From Mobula hypostoma (Eukaryota), in contig NC_086108.1 of NCBI RefSeq assembly GCF_963921235.1, positions 6,138,001 to 6,202,000 of the forward strand: a stretch of DNA of 64,000 nt, given 5' to 3'. Position 1 is the stretch's first letter. Each line of letters opens with the position of its first letter. The notes beneath the pieces are model-generated. The model was not told the DNA's origin, made no database searches, and saw only the letters and a program-made list of their open reading frames with translations. This document shows positions 25,700-37,928 of this stretch, in pieces. Both the position numbers and the translations under genes were made by a program.

Positions 25700-26080
25700 T
25701 GATACAGTTGCCTCATCAAATAGATGCCAGTTCAGTAGAACGTGTAACGTGATTTCTGGGTCACTGGAGGAAATGCCATGAGTAAGTTTGAGGTCAGTTT
25801 CATAATTGCCTGCACTGTGACTCCTGCCGTCACAAAATAACACATGTCACAGCGTACGTCAGCGACATCAAACCTGATTCTGATCCTGTTAGAATCGTTA
25901 ATGGGAATGGAGATTGTATCAAGGCTTTAATGCGGTGATAATTTTGTTTTGTAGAGTGATCGAACTCCACTGAATGAATTGGAGCTGATTTCCTCATTCT
26001 AGATTCCAGGATTATCCTAGGGTTATATAGGTTGGAAGCCCATCTTATCCGTGCTGACGCAGCAAGTTGCCTACCCAAGG
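25700..26080 (-). repeat. Local repeat module X, copy 0 (inverted relative to the upstream copies)
   Basis: Reverse complement matches ggcaacttgctg...atgaggaaatcagctccaattcattcag...tctccattcccattaacgattctaacagg seen at 44.1, 47.6, 60.1 and 63.2 kb. Confidence 0.9.
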
Positions 26081-26525
26081 AAGTGGGAATGAAAGGGTTA
26101 GAGGAGCATTTGATGGCTCTGGGCCTGTCCTTGCTGGAGTTTAGAAGAATGAAGGGGGAATCTCATTGAAACCTGTCGAATATTGAAAGGCCTAGTCAGC
26201 CTGGATGTGGAGAGGATGTTTCCTCTGGTTGGAGAGTCTAGGACCAGAGATGGAGCTTCAGAATGGAGGGATATCCATTTAGAACAGAGATGAGGAGGAT
26301 TTTCTTTAGCCAGATGGTGGTGAATATGTGTAATTTGTTGTCACTGGTGGCTGAGGATGCCAGGTTCTTGGGTATATTTAAAGTGGAGGCTAATTAGTCA
26401 AAGGCCTTGGAGAGAAGGCAGGAGAATGTAGTTGAGGGGGATAATAACTCAGCCATGATGGAATGGTGGAGCAGACTTATTGAGCCAAATGGCCCAATTC
26501 TGCTCCCATGCCTTATAGTCTAATT
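26080..26525 (+). mobile_element. Old CR1 3' fragment attached to module X
   Basis: CR1 RT C-terminus and 3'UTR. Confidence 0.8.
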
Positions 26526-26527
26526 AT

Positions 26528-26810
26528 GGGACAGCGCAGAAGCATAGTGGTTAACACAACGCTTTACAATAGAGCAACCCAGATTGAATTCCCACCACTG
26601 CCTGTAGGGAGTTTATACATTCTCTCTGTGACCGTGTGAGATTCCTCTGGGTCCTCTGGTTTCCTTCTTCAGTCCAAGGATATACCTGCAGATAGGTAAA
26701 TTGGTCAGTGTAACTTGTCCCGTGATTAAATCAGGGGATTGCTGGGTGATGCAGCTTAAAGTCTGGAAGGGCCCAGTCCACACTGTAATCTCAATAAATG
26801 AATACATAAA
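26528..26810 (+). mobile_element. tRNA-derived V-SINE/HE1-like SINE
   Basis: A-box-like tagtggttaac, degenerate B box, body, caataaatgaata tail. Confidence 0.8.
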
Positions 26811-27529
26811 AATGGGATTGAACACTGGGGGATAGCACCAACCCAGCCTGGTAACTGCTCCAAACTGCCCCCTCCCCCTCCCTCCCACCAGCTCAACGCC
26901 TCTCTGCGAGCAGCTATAAAGCAGGTGACACCGCAGCTTGAGGCTTAGTCCTCACTATGACCGGGGCCAAGCAGCTGCTTGGCCGTCTGCCCCTGCCGTC
27001 TCCCAATAAATCAGTGAATTGGACTTGCAGCATTTCACATGAACAATGTCCAAAAGGGTCTTGTGATCACTGTACACCCCCTTCACTCACCAGCTCCTCC
27101 AAAGCCTCTCTGATGCAAGCAGCATCACAATCTGCAGCAAGTCCAGCTCCTTCAGTGTCTCCACCAACCAGCAAGTCACTGATGGGGCAGACCTGCAGCA
27201 CTAAGTTCTTAAAGTCCAGCAGGATCTTGCAGTTATAAAAAATACATTTAAAATGGCCAGTAGTTGAAGATTTAACATTGTCACAGCTTCAACCAGCTAA
27301 AGCTTATTGCTGGCAAGGTGAGTGGTGTGGGGTTTACACTTTTGCTGAAGCAAGTGAGGAAAGGGGGGCTTTGAGGTTTTAATATTTTTCTGTCACTTAT
27401 TCTTCAGGATTTTTTCTGTTTTGTGGACGTCTGTGAAGAGAAAGAGTTTCAGGATGTATACTGTATACATTCTCTGATTTTAAACTGAACATTTGAACCA
27501 CTGAAGTCACATACTACCCTCACTTAAGT

Positions 27530-28050
27530 GTCGTAGAGCATTACAGCCTGGATACAGGCCATTTGGCTCAAACAGTCCATGCTGACCATATTGTCCACAC
27601 AGCTAGTCCCAGCTTCTTGCATTTGACCCATCTCCCCCAGGCCCCAATTTCCATGTATCTATCCAAGTGTTTCTTAGATACTACTGTACCTGCCTCAACC
27701 ACGTTCACTGGGAACTCATTCCACACACTCTGAAAGAAGAGGTTGCCCTTAGAACCTTTTTAAATCTCTCTCTCCCCTCCCTTCTCACCCTAAACCTTTA
27801 ACCCATAGCTTTTAGCTCCCCTACCCTGAGGAAAAGTCCTTTACCGTCCACTGTTTATGCCTCTCACAATTTTGAACATTTTGTTCTCTGTTCCATAGGG
27901 TCTCCTCTCATTCTCCATTGTTCCAAATAAAACCTAGCCAGGTTACTCTCTCCCCATACTCAAGCCCTCTAGTCTTGGCCATATCCCATAACGATTCTTT
28001 ACACTCTTTCCAGTTGAAACCAAGTCTTCCTTATAACAAGGTGACCAAAA
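27530..28050 (-). mobile_element. Old CR1 3' fragment
   Basis: Degenerate CR1 3'UTR and RT C-terminal sequence. Confidence 0.65.
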
Positions 28051-28189
28051 CTGTGTACTGTCCAAGTGTGGTCACACTAACAACTTATACACCTGTGATA
28101 TAATATCTGTTGTTTCAAATTTTGTAAAGTACTGGATGAAAATCTGAACAGTTCAAAGTGACACTAACTTTTTTTAGCTTGCAGCATGT

Positions 28190-31178
28190 AAGGTGTCTGT
28201 ACAAGTTAAACCAGTCCTGGGTATGACTCTAAACTGCAACTGGTGATGAGGCTCTGATTGGGGACTTCCAGAGCTTTGAGGAAAGTGGATACCCTTAGTC
28301 ATTCATTGCTCCCAGGGCCACTCTGACCCGGAATGATAGCACCTGCAAGGGTTCCTGCTCAGGATATGAGCCAAGGCTAACGGCAGATCCGACAGGTTCA
28401 GTAACTGAACTTATGACGGAGAAGGCGGTTGAGCTAGGACCTCAAATGTCAACGGCTATAGTATGGGCGGATGAACATTTGGGAAGAGAAACGGTTATTT
28501 CTTTAGTTCGTCCAATGGTAGGCAATAGCAAACCACCATTGTAATTTGCTAAGAAAACCATTGTCAAATTTATCACACAACAATAGTGTCAAGAGGATCT
28601 TCAAGACAACTCTGAAGATGTTTCGCTCGGTAGGGTTGATTCTGGCCAGCAGGGGATCCCTGACCGTCATCAAGTGACTGCTCATAAAATTAAAGTAACA
28701 CAAAAGAAAATTATTGTCACTTGGAATGCAAGAACCGTATGTCAAGCAGGAAGATTGGACAATGTGATAAATGAAATGGAAAAACTAAAGATTAACATCA
28801 TGGGAATTAGTGAAATTCATTGGAAAGGTGTTGGAACATGTCAGATTAGAAATAAAACACTAGTTTATTCTTGTGGAACATCCCATACTAATGGAGTACG
28901 AATTCTTATGGATGAAAACATGGCAAAAAGTGTTTTAGGACATTGGGCAATATCAGAAAGAGTGCTCCTTGTTAGATTCAGAGGACAACCATTTGATTTA
29001 GCAATTATACAGGTATATGCACCAACAGATGGAACAAATGAAGATATAGATAAATTCTGTGAAGAGCTTGAACAAGAATGGATGCAAATCTCAAGATATT
29101 GTTATTGTCATGGGAGATCTAAATGCTAAAAGTAGGACAAGGTGCTGATGGAAATACCATAGGAAAATTTGGACTAGGCAAAAGAAATGAAAGAGGTGAG
29201 AAATGGGTAGAATGGTGCAAGATGAATAATCAGGCCATTATGAATACCTACTTTGAGAACCGTCCAAGACGCCTGTGGACCTGGAAAAGTCCAGGTGATA
29301 ACACTAGAGATCAAATTGCTTTATTACTATAAACCTAGGATTTAGAAACTCAGTGACTCAATGCAAAACATATCCAGGTGCAGACTGTAATAGCAACCAT
29401 AACTCCGTAGTATGTCATGTAACAGTAAAACTTAAAAAACTAAAGAAGCAAAAACCTGAACAATCCCTTGACTACTCACAATTAAAGAAGAAAACTTAAG
29501 ACAAAAATTTACAATTGAAGTAAGGAATAGATTTCAAAGTCTAGAAATAGAATCTGTTGAAGATGATAGCAATCATTTAGAAATGAAATTTAACTCTAAA
29601 GGATGCCTTGGTAGAATCAGCAAAGTCAGTGATTCCTAAAAAAGAAAAAAAGCACAAAGAATAAATGGATGACAGATGAAATCAAAAATCTAATGGAAGA
29701 AAGGAGACAGAAGAAAGCAAATCCTATAGAATGCAAGTCCTTGATAAAAAGTTAAAAGCTTATGTCAAAAAGCCAAAGAAGAATGGTTAAACCAGGAATG
29801 TGGGCAAATAGAAAGAATCCCTATTACTAATCCAAAAAGGTTACATCAACAAATCAAGAATATCACTGGTAAAAAGCTCCTCTGTTCTGCAGGTGGATGT
29901 TTGAAAGCAAAGGACAGTACCATTATCATGGAAAAAGATGAGATTATGAACAGATGGACTGCGTATATTCAGGAATTGTTTGAAGATGATCGAGGCGAAA
30001 AACCAGAAATTCAGAAAAACATTGAAGGTCCAAGTATTTTAAAATCTGAAGTTCGTAATGCAATAAATAAGATGAAGAAAGGAAAGGCAGCAGGTCCTGA
30101 TGAATTAGTAATAGAACAAATTATAGCCCTTGAAGATCATGGAATTGAAAAACTTACTGATTTAATCAATGACATTTATGAGACTGGAATAATGCAAGAG
30201 ATTTTTTTTAAAAATCAGTATTTATCACTCTTCCTAAGAAAGCTGGAGCAATAGAATGTGAATTATATAGGACCATGAGTCATATCAGCAGGATACTTCT
30301 AAGAATTTTAATGACAAGAGCTAAAAGTAAGATACAAGCTGAAATAGGCAAAGAATGATATGGTTTTGTGAAAGACAAAGGTACAAGAAATGCAATATTG
30401 CTGTTAAGGATACTATCAGAATGAGCTATTCAAGTGCAAAAAGATTTGTTTGTTTTATCGACTACACAAAAGCATTTGATAAACATAGAAACATAGAAAA
30501 TAAAGTGAAGCACAATAAGTTATTTTAAATATTACAGAAAACTCTAGATCTAGATTCGAAAGACCTCCGCCTAATCAGAAATCTGTACTAGGAACAAACT
30601 GCTGCTGTAAGAATAGATGGAGAAGTGAGTCAGTTTACGAAAATCAAGAGAGGTGTTAGACAAGGCTATATTTTCTTCCCTGATTTATTTAATGTGTACA
30701 GTGAAACAATATTACAAAAAATAAAAGATATCTTGGGAATCAAAGTTGGTGGTGAAAACATCCATAATTTCAGATATGCAGATGACACTGTGTTAATTGC
30801 AAGTATGGAGGAAGACCTACAAAACTTAATTAATATAATTGTTGAAGAAAGTGCAAAAATGGGTCTATCTATCAATTGCAAAAAGACAGTATGTATGGTG
30901 ATATCCAAAAAGTAGGAGAATCTTATCTGCAGGCTGAGAATAAATGGGAAAGACATAAAACAAGTACCCTGTAAAGAACTTTTGCTACTTAGGAAGCTGG
31001 GTGACATCAGATGGACACTAAAAGAATAGGGATGGCAAAAGACACCTTTATGAGAATGAAGAGTATACTGACCAATACTAAACTAGGCATGACAACCCGC
31101 CTCAGAGTACTGAAATATTACGTTTATCCAGTTATGTTATATGGCTCAGAATGTTGGACAATATCTAGTAACATGAGG
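28190..31178 (+). mobile_element. RTE-clade LINE, 5'UTR and ORF, 3' end missing
   Basis: Single ORF in pieces: IVTWNART..GISEIHW..QVYAPT, GKAAGPD, DYTKAFD, GVRQG, RYADD, YPVMLYGSECWT. Confidence 0.9.
30484..30499 (-). mobile_element. Tail-only CR1-A insertion, (TTTCTATG)2
   Basis: 16 bp between ATAAA duplications, splitting the RTE motif KAFD|KV. Confidence 0.75.
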
Positions 31179-31394
31179 TTTAAGTTATTTCATTGTACTT
31201 GTGTGCTTATTACATCTCCTGGACAGTTGAATTGTTTGGGTCTTGTGGGTCTGGTCAACCCAGCCCATTACAATACCCCAACTCCTGTACTCAGTGACCT
31301 GACTGATGAAGGCCAGTGTGTGAGCCTCAGGACTCACCACCAGGTTCAGGGACAGTTATTATCCCTCAACCATCAGGCTCTCGTACCAAGGGGA

Positions 31395-31860
31395 ACAACT
31401 TCACTTGCCCCATCATTAAAATGCTTCTACAACCAATGGACTCACTATCAAGGACTCTTCATTTCAGGTTCACAATATTTATTTCTCATTTGTTATATCA
31501 TTTCTTTATTTCTGAATTGGCACAGATTGCTGTCTTCTGCACTCTGGTTGATAACCCAAGTTGGCGTAGTCTTTCATTGGTTCTGTTATGGTTATTATTC
31601 TATCAGTTTTTTACTGAGTATACCAACAAGAAAATGAATTTGAAGGTTGTATATGGTGACATGTATGTACTTTGATAATAGATTTACTTTGACCTTTGTC
31701 TTTGGGGCAGCACTCCATGTAGATACTAGACACAACTACTACAAATACCATCAGATGTTGGCAAAGAAACTCCACCAAGTGGATCCCCAATTTCCTCACT
31801 TACAGACCTCAGTCACTACAGGTTAGCAATGTCTTCTCCAGAGTCAGTTTGAACTTTGAA
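31395..31860 (+). repeat. Composite repeat (two Rex-type fragments), copy 1 of a direct pair
   Basis: Same sequence and same internal junction as 38236-38680. Confidence 0.8.
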
Positions 31861-31904
31861 TCTTTTTTTTTTAAAACCACTATGTCCATCTGTGATGCAG
31901 ACAC

Positions 31905-32004
31905 ATACACACACACACACCTGAAGGAACACAGCAGGTCAGGCAGCATCTACAGAAAGGAATAAATAGTGGACATTTTGTGCTGAGACCCTTTATCAGG
32001 ACTC
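31905..32004 (-). mobile_element. Penelope-like terminal-repeat fragment
   Basis: gtcctgataaagggtctcagcacaaaatgtc..gatgctgcctgacctgctg on the minus strand. Confidence 0.7.
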
Positions 32005-32289
32005 TTTGTACTCCTAGGGCACATTTTGCTGGTGTCTAGTTTTGTGGTCCTGTGGAATATTGTGGGCATGCTATGCTAGTGTCAGAACATGTGGCAACAC
32101 TTGCAGGTTGTCCCCAGCTCATCCTTGGGTGTATTGACTGTTAACACCAATTATGCATTTCACAGTATGTTTCAGCGTTCATGCGATGAATCTGAATCTC
32201 AGGTCGTTCTGTTCCACCACACTCCCTAGTGTCCTTCTATTCATTGCACAAATCCTTGGATATATATCAGTATTCCTTCATCAACATCT

Positions 32290-32575
32290 TCATTATGTGA
32301 CATGTTATATGATATAAGCAATCTTGCTCCCTTCACCATAATTGTTCTTGGCAAATTTTTCTGCAGAACTGGTTGTCATTGCCTTCTTCTGGGCAATGTC
32401 TTTACAAGATTGGTGAACCCAGCCATGATCAATATTTTTCAGAGATTGTCTGCCTGGTGTCAGTGGTTGCATTACCAGGACTTGTGATATGCACCAGCTG
32501 CTCATACAACCATCCACCACCTGCTCCCATGGCTCCCATCCCTTACATCTCCTTTGGTAGAGAGGCATCTCAACC
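32290..32575 (-). mobile_element. Probable RTE-derived non-autonomous element
   Basis: gaaggcaatgacaaccag..aatttgccaagaa resembles the RTE 5'UTR at about 28520. Confidence 0.45.
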
Positions 32576-32749
32576 ATGATACCCACGTTCATTGTCATGT
32601 TCTAAATCCTGGAACACTCTTCTCAGGCAGCATCGTGGAAGTAACATCAGCGTACAGGATACTCAGTGCTATCTTCTCAATGGCTTGGGTTTCCACCGGG
32701 CACTCTGGTTTTCTCCCACAGTCTGAAGACATATGGGGTAGGAGGTTAG

Positions 32750-34515
32750 TAGAGCAGAGTTGAGCATTGATTTAAAATGGTGGCAAATTTGGAGAGGGTT
32801 GTAAAGAAAGCTTTTGGCACGTTGGCCTTCTTAAATCAAAGTATTGAGTACTGGAGATGGGATGTTGTGTTGAAGTTGAATACGATGTCAGTGAGGCCTA
32901 ATTTAGAGTACTGTGTACAGTTTTGGTTACCAACCTAGAGGAAAGATAGAAATATGATTGAAAAAGTACAGCGAAAATTTGCAGGGATGCTGCCAGGACT
33001 GGAGGACCAGAGTTACATGGAAAGATTCAATAGGTTAACAGTGGTCCCCAACCACCGGGCCGCAGAGCATGTGCTACCGGGCCGTGAGGAAACGATACGA
33101 GTCAGCTGCTCCTTTCCTCATTCCGTCACGCCCACTGTTGAACTTGGACGCACGCGTCATCCCCGTCAGCGCGGGAAGATGATCAACTCCTCGAGCTTGC
33201 AAATGACGGCGGGCTGAAAAGTATGTTTGACATAACATCTCTGCTAGCATTCTGGATCAAAGTCAAGGCCAAATATCCTGAGACGGCCACGAAAGCACTG
33301 AAAACGTTGCTTCCATTTCCAACATTTTTCTACGAAATGGAGATTTCTGCGGTGAATGCAACGAAAACTAAATTGCGGAATAGACTGGACATAAGGAACC
33401 CCATTCGAGTGTCGCCGTCTCCCATCACCCTTCGATGGGACCGTCTTGTTGCAGGAAAAGCAGCCCAGGGCTCCCACTGATTCAGCGATATTGGTGTGTT
33501 GCAATGATTTTATATGTTCATACGGGGAAAATATGTGCTGTGTATTTAATATTCAAACGTTACTTAAAATGTTATGACACTATTGATTGATATAACCATG
33601 CAACAATTACAGCACGGAAACAGGCCAACTCTGCCCTTCTAGTCCATGCCGAACGCTACTCTCACCTAGTTCCACCGACCTGCACTCAGCCTACAACCCT
33701 CCATTCCTTTCCTGTCCATATACCTATCCAATTTTTCTTTAATGATATCGAACCTGCTTCTACCACTTCTACTGTAAGTTCGTTCAATACTAACTTCAAG
33801 CTCCCCTGATAATTTACTTATCACTAGATTCATTTGAGGAAAATATGCGTTGTGTTTAATATTAAATTCGTTAGATAAACCCTTTTAGAAACGAAATTGA
33901 GTGTATTAGCCACTTATCACCTCTATTCCGGTCGTGATTAACCTGCCCCGTCCGGCCAGAGTCGCCGAAAACGATTTATTGGGGGAGGGGGTGAAGAGAG
34001 AGGGATTGGCAAGTACACGCATGCGCACTGGTGCCCACGCAAGGCTTCATGGTCATTGTAGTCTTTTTCGGGGTAAACCCCACAAATTTGACTGCTACCC
34101 GTCCCACTCCCACCCCCCACGGGACGGCCGGTCCGCAAGAATATTGTGAATATTAAACCGGTCCGCAGTGCAAAAAAGGTTGGGGACCCCTGGGTTAGGA
34201 ATTATTCTTTGAAATGTAGAAGATTAAGAGATTTAATAGAGGTATAGACAATTATGAGAGATATAGATAGAAAACATGCAAGCAGTCTTTTCCCCTGAGA
34301 TTGGGTGGGACTACAGTTAGAGGTTAATGGTTAAGGGTGAAAGGTTGAAAAGTTTAAGGTGAACATGAGAGGAAACCTCTTTAGTCAGAGGGGCAGAAGA
34401 GCGTGGAATGAGCTGTCAGCACAAGTGGTGCATGCGAGCTCGATTTCAATGTTGAAGAGAACTTTGGATAGGTACATGTGTGGTAGGGGTACTGAGGGCT
34501 ATGGTCCGGGTGCAA
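32750..34515 (+). mobile_element. CR1 3' fragment interrupted by a hAT element
   Basis: IEKVQRKFAGMLPGLED.SY.ERFNRL breaks at 33038 and resumes at 34193. Confidence 0.8.
33039..34192 (+). mobile_element. Non-autonomous hAT (Charlie/Buster-type) DNA transposon
   Basis: TIRs CAGTGGTCCCCAACC / GGTTGGGGACCCCTG; transposase dimerisation-domain remnant FWIKVKAKYPE.A.KALKTLLPFPT...KTKLRNRLD...AQGSH* (33223-33480); imperfect TSD ggtta(gg)a; contains a CR1-B-type tail fragment at about 33590-33775. Confidence 0.9.
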
Positions 34516-34524
34516 GTCCGTGTG

Positions 34525-34975
34525 AGTCGTTGTTGTTAGGTCGCATCTGGAATTTCCAGCTGGCGGACGTTTTCCCTCCACGCCGCACTGACGAACAGTA
34601 TTGGGAAATCATGTACGTGGCAAGTTACAGCAGTGGTTGGCCTTTGCCTTCTGCCGGGTGAGTTTAAAGAGATCAGCACCTCTTGCGATGGATGACCTGG
34701 ACGTCTAAATACCTTGTGCTCTTAGAGCTCCACCACGTCTGCTGGCCTGCTTTCTTGACCATTGGACCATTAATCGGTCTCTTCCGCACAATCCGCCACG
34801 GCCAGACTTCACATGCCGAGACAGGCAGATCCCCTACCTCACCGAGGGTCGAAGCCCCGTCGGCTACCTTCACCTGGTTTGGCCCGTCTGCCAAAACGGT
34901 TTAACGGGGTGTGGCCGCTGCGCATATTACAACTAGTTGGAGCCACAGGTGAGAGCTGAGCGCTAGGTGGGGAAT
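34525..34975 (-). mobile_element. Probable RTE-derived non-autonomous element
   Basis: GC-rich head, gaaggcaaaggccaaccactg..aacttgcc motif, (caa)n tail. Confidence 0.5.
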
Positions 34976-35219
34976 GGGTCATCGTAAATTGTCCTCTGAT
35001 TAGCCCGGTATCTAGGCGGTGCGGCTCCTTGAGCCCGAAGTCCCTGTTCCGCACTGTTATTTCTAAATAATAAATTAAAATTATAACTAAGAACGACCAG
35101 CAAGTGCCGTCTCTTTCAGCAGCATTAATAGCCCTAAGTGTATAAATAACAAAAAAATTCAGATTTCAAGAGAACGGAAGCAGCAGCAAAATAACGAGTT
35201 AAATTAATATTTCTCTTAC

Positions 35220-35382
35220 CATAGCCGTCAGAGATTCTTTCCAAGCCGGGTAAGAGATATCGGCCGCTGAAGTCATGCCCATGGCCAATAAGGGCCTCTC
35301 TTACAGCTTCGGCACCACACACCACCACCGCAGGGAAGCTACTGAACCAGAAGGTGAACACGGGGCCATACTGTTCACTCAG
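35220..35382 (-). CDS. CYP2 exon 2
   Basis: cag|CTGAGT...TATG|gtaaga, 163 bp: LSEQYGPVFTFWFSSFPAVVVCGAEAVREALIGHGHDFSGRYLLPGLERISDGY(G). Confidence 0.93.
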
Positions 35383-36059
35383 CTGTGGTGATACAAAGAA
35401 TGTATATTGTTTTTTAACATGTAATACTCCATATGATGTTCGACAATCAATTTAGCTAGAGGAGAATTAAGACCCATAACAATTTTCCTTTCAGAGACCA
35501 AACGGCTTAGGCAGAAAACTGTATTTGTCAATAGGGAGCGGACGACGAGTTTGTAAAACTGGCCAGAGAAAAGGAATTTTAGAATGGTGAGGGTGGAGCA
35601 CCCTGGGACGGGTGTGAGACAGGTGGCAGAGAAGGGGTGCCAGGGTCAGGGGGTGGCGTGGTTGTAAACGCATCCAGCCTTGAGACCCCAGGCAAGGTAC
35701 TTATACTTTATTGTCGCCAAACAATTGATACTAGAACGTGCAATCATCACAGTGATATTTGATCTGATTCCAAACAGCTGGTTTATTGATCATTATAGAA
35801 CGTCTCTGGTTCTTCCCGTTTCCCAACCCCGGCCCATATCAGAACCAGGTTATTATAACTCACATATGCCATGAAATTTCTTCTCTTTTTGCGGCAGTAT
35901 AGTGCAATACATAAAATCACGACAGTACTGTGCAAGAGCCTGGGGCACCTTAGCCATACGTATGTGCCCAAGACCTTTGCATTGTACTGTTCAATAGCTA
36001 GGTCAAAAACTTCAGAGAGAAGAGTGAAGGTCAAGATCTTCAGAGAGGAGAGAATGAAC

Positions 36060-36201
36060 AGATGTTGGAAACCCGAGCAACACAAACAAAATGCTGGAGG
36101 AACTCAGCAGTCCAGGCAGTATCTCTGGAAAAGAGTACAGTCTACTCTTTTCCATAGAGCTGCCTGGCCTGCTGAGTTCCTCCAGTATTTTGTGCGTGTT
36201 G
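36060..36201. mobile_element. Penelope-derived fold-back hairpin in intron 1
   Basis: Arms 36078-36137 and 36143-36201, 5 nt loop. Confidence 0.85.
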
Positions 36202-36370
36202 ATAATAGCGAGGTACCGATAATTTGATGCCGTGATTTACATTTGAAAAAAAAATCCGCCCTTTCGCAACTGCTTCGGCGGTTTTATCAACGAAAGCTAC
36301 CTCGAGTGGAGGAAGTGTTAATAAAAAATTCTCTCTGTGTGTAATTTAAATATACAGACATTGTCCCTAC

Positions 36371-36553
36371 CTTGATGAGGGATTTGTGGGGTGCTTTGAA
36401 ATCCAGTTGGAATAGGTTGCCGATGATCGGGAGGGCAGGGGGACCCGGGGGAAGCCTGCCTTTCTGCCGCTGGTTGTTCTGAAAGAATCTCGCCAGAAGC
36501 AGGACGCTCAGTAAAACAACCAATAAAGTTGTCAACGGTTCATCAAAACTCAT
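36371..36553 (-). CDS. CYP2 exon 1 (coding part)
   Basis: MSFDEPLTTLLVVLLSVLLLARFFQNNQRQKGRLPPGPPALPIIGNLFQLDFKAPHKSLIK, followed by donor AAG|gtaggg, phase 0. Confidence 0.93.
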
Positions 36554-36711
36554 GATGACAGAGTACGCAGATTCTGGAAAAAAAAGCAAGAGAGGCTGTA
36601 TCTCAAAATTCACAGTTGTACCACTTTCACCAGATTCAAACAGTAAACTACCCTTAAATTAAGGGCAATTAAAGTCCCGATTGAAGTTCACACTGCCATC
36701 CGCACTGACAA

Positions 36712-36719
36712 CTTTTATA
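36712..36719 (-). promoter_or_regulatory. Candidate TATA box of the CYP2 gene
   Basis: TATAAAAG about 160 bp upstream of the ATG in non-repeat sequence; motif match only. Confidence 0.45.
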
Positions 36720-37928
36720 CATTTGGGTAAGTCTCATTATGGACCGCCCTTCGGAGTTCTGACGCGGCTTTATGTCAGTGGGCGTGAGTGTAGTTCTCAA
36801 CAAATAAAACTATCGAGAATAAAATGGCCTTCAAAAGGCTGACAATTCCGAATCACCTTCATTGTAAGATAAAAGCTGGGTAAACCGGACCGCAAGCAGC
36901 TGAGAATTCCTCCGGCCATCGTTGGAATATATTGATTCTATGCATTCCGTCTGACTTAAATTCCGTTGTAAAGTTGAAAGATCAAATGAATGTTATTACA
37001 AAAATTCATATATGTCACCATACACAATCCCGAAATTCGTTTCCACGGGCATACTACGCAAATCTATAGAATACTAACTCTAACAGGATCAATGAAAGAT
37101 CAACCAGAGTGCAGAAGACAACAAGCTGCAAATGCAAATATAAATAAATAGCAATAAATAATGAGAACATGAGATAAGGGGTCCTTAAAGTGAGATCATT
37201 GGTTGTGGGAACATCTCAATAACGGAGCAAGTGAGTGTAGTTATCCCCTTTTATTCAAGAGTCTGAGATTGAGGGACAGTAACAGTTTTTGAACCCGGTG
37301 GTGCAAGTCCTGTGACTTTTGTACCTTCTACTTGATGGCATCAGTGAGAAGAGATCATGTCCAGGGTGGTGGGGATCTCTGATGATGGATGCTGCTTTCC
37401 TACGACAGCGTCTCAGGTAGATGTGTTCAATAGTTGGGGGGGGGGAGGCTTTACCCGTGATGGACTGAGCCAAATCCACTACCTTTTGCATGACATTTCC
37501 GTTCAAAGGCATTGGTGTCGCATACCAGGGTATGAGGCATGTTTTGCAGCAGCGGAGAGGCAGGCTTGGCAGGCTTCTCCTGGGTCCCTCCACCCTCTGA
37601 TTGCCGTCAAGATTGTTTAATGTCATTTCCAGAACATGTGTAAAGGCAAACGAAATGTTCGTTACTTCGGCTCTGCTGCACAACAACAAAAACCACAATA
37701 AGATCGAGAACAGCCCAGTCCATCACAGGTAAAGCCCTCCCCACCATTGAACACATCTACATGAAACATTGCTACGGGCAAGCAGCATCCATCATCAGGG
37801 ACAACACCACCCTCCCCAGGACATGCTCTCCTCTCGCAGGAAGAAAGTACTGAAGCCTCAGGACTCGCACCTCCAGGTTCAGGAACAGTTACTACCCCTC
37901 AAGCATCAGGCTCTTCAACTTCACTCAA

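Larger units (their letters stand above)
6930..36553 (-). pseudogene. Cytochrome P450 family 2 (CYP2) gene, exons 1-4, probable pseudogene; subfamily unassigned; exons 5-9 not in window
   Basis: Four exons with GT-AG boundaries, 183/163/152/161 bp (CYP2 exons 2-4 are canonically 163/150/161). They encode the membrane anchor plus PPGP, WKQLRRF..LRNFGM and NIICSITFGK.FDYED motifs. Frameshift in exon 3 and in-frame TGA in exon 4. Confidence 0.9.

Noticed and set aside
25830..26078. Recurrent small ORF (MRKSAPIHS..TKQN..QSPFPLTILTGSESG) in module X, also at 44170, 47623 and 60040
   Set aside because: Starts differ between copies, many changes are non-synonymous, the C-terminus runs into a Rex tail, and the 63.3 kb copy is frameshifted; shared ancestry explains it.
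34900..34980. Possible HDV-like ribozyme at the head of the RTE-derived element
   Set aside because: I could not assemble the P1/P1.1/P2/J4-2 double pseudoknot by eye.
36287..36613. Extended ORF around CYP2 exon 1
   Set aside because: Non-ATG upstream extension and intron read-through; the true coding part is 36371-36553.
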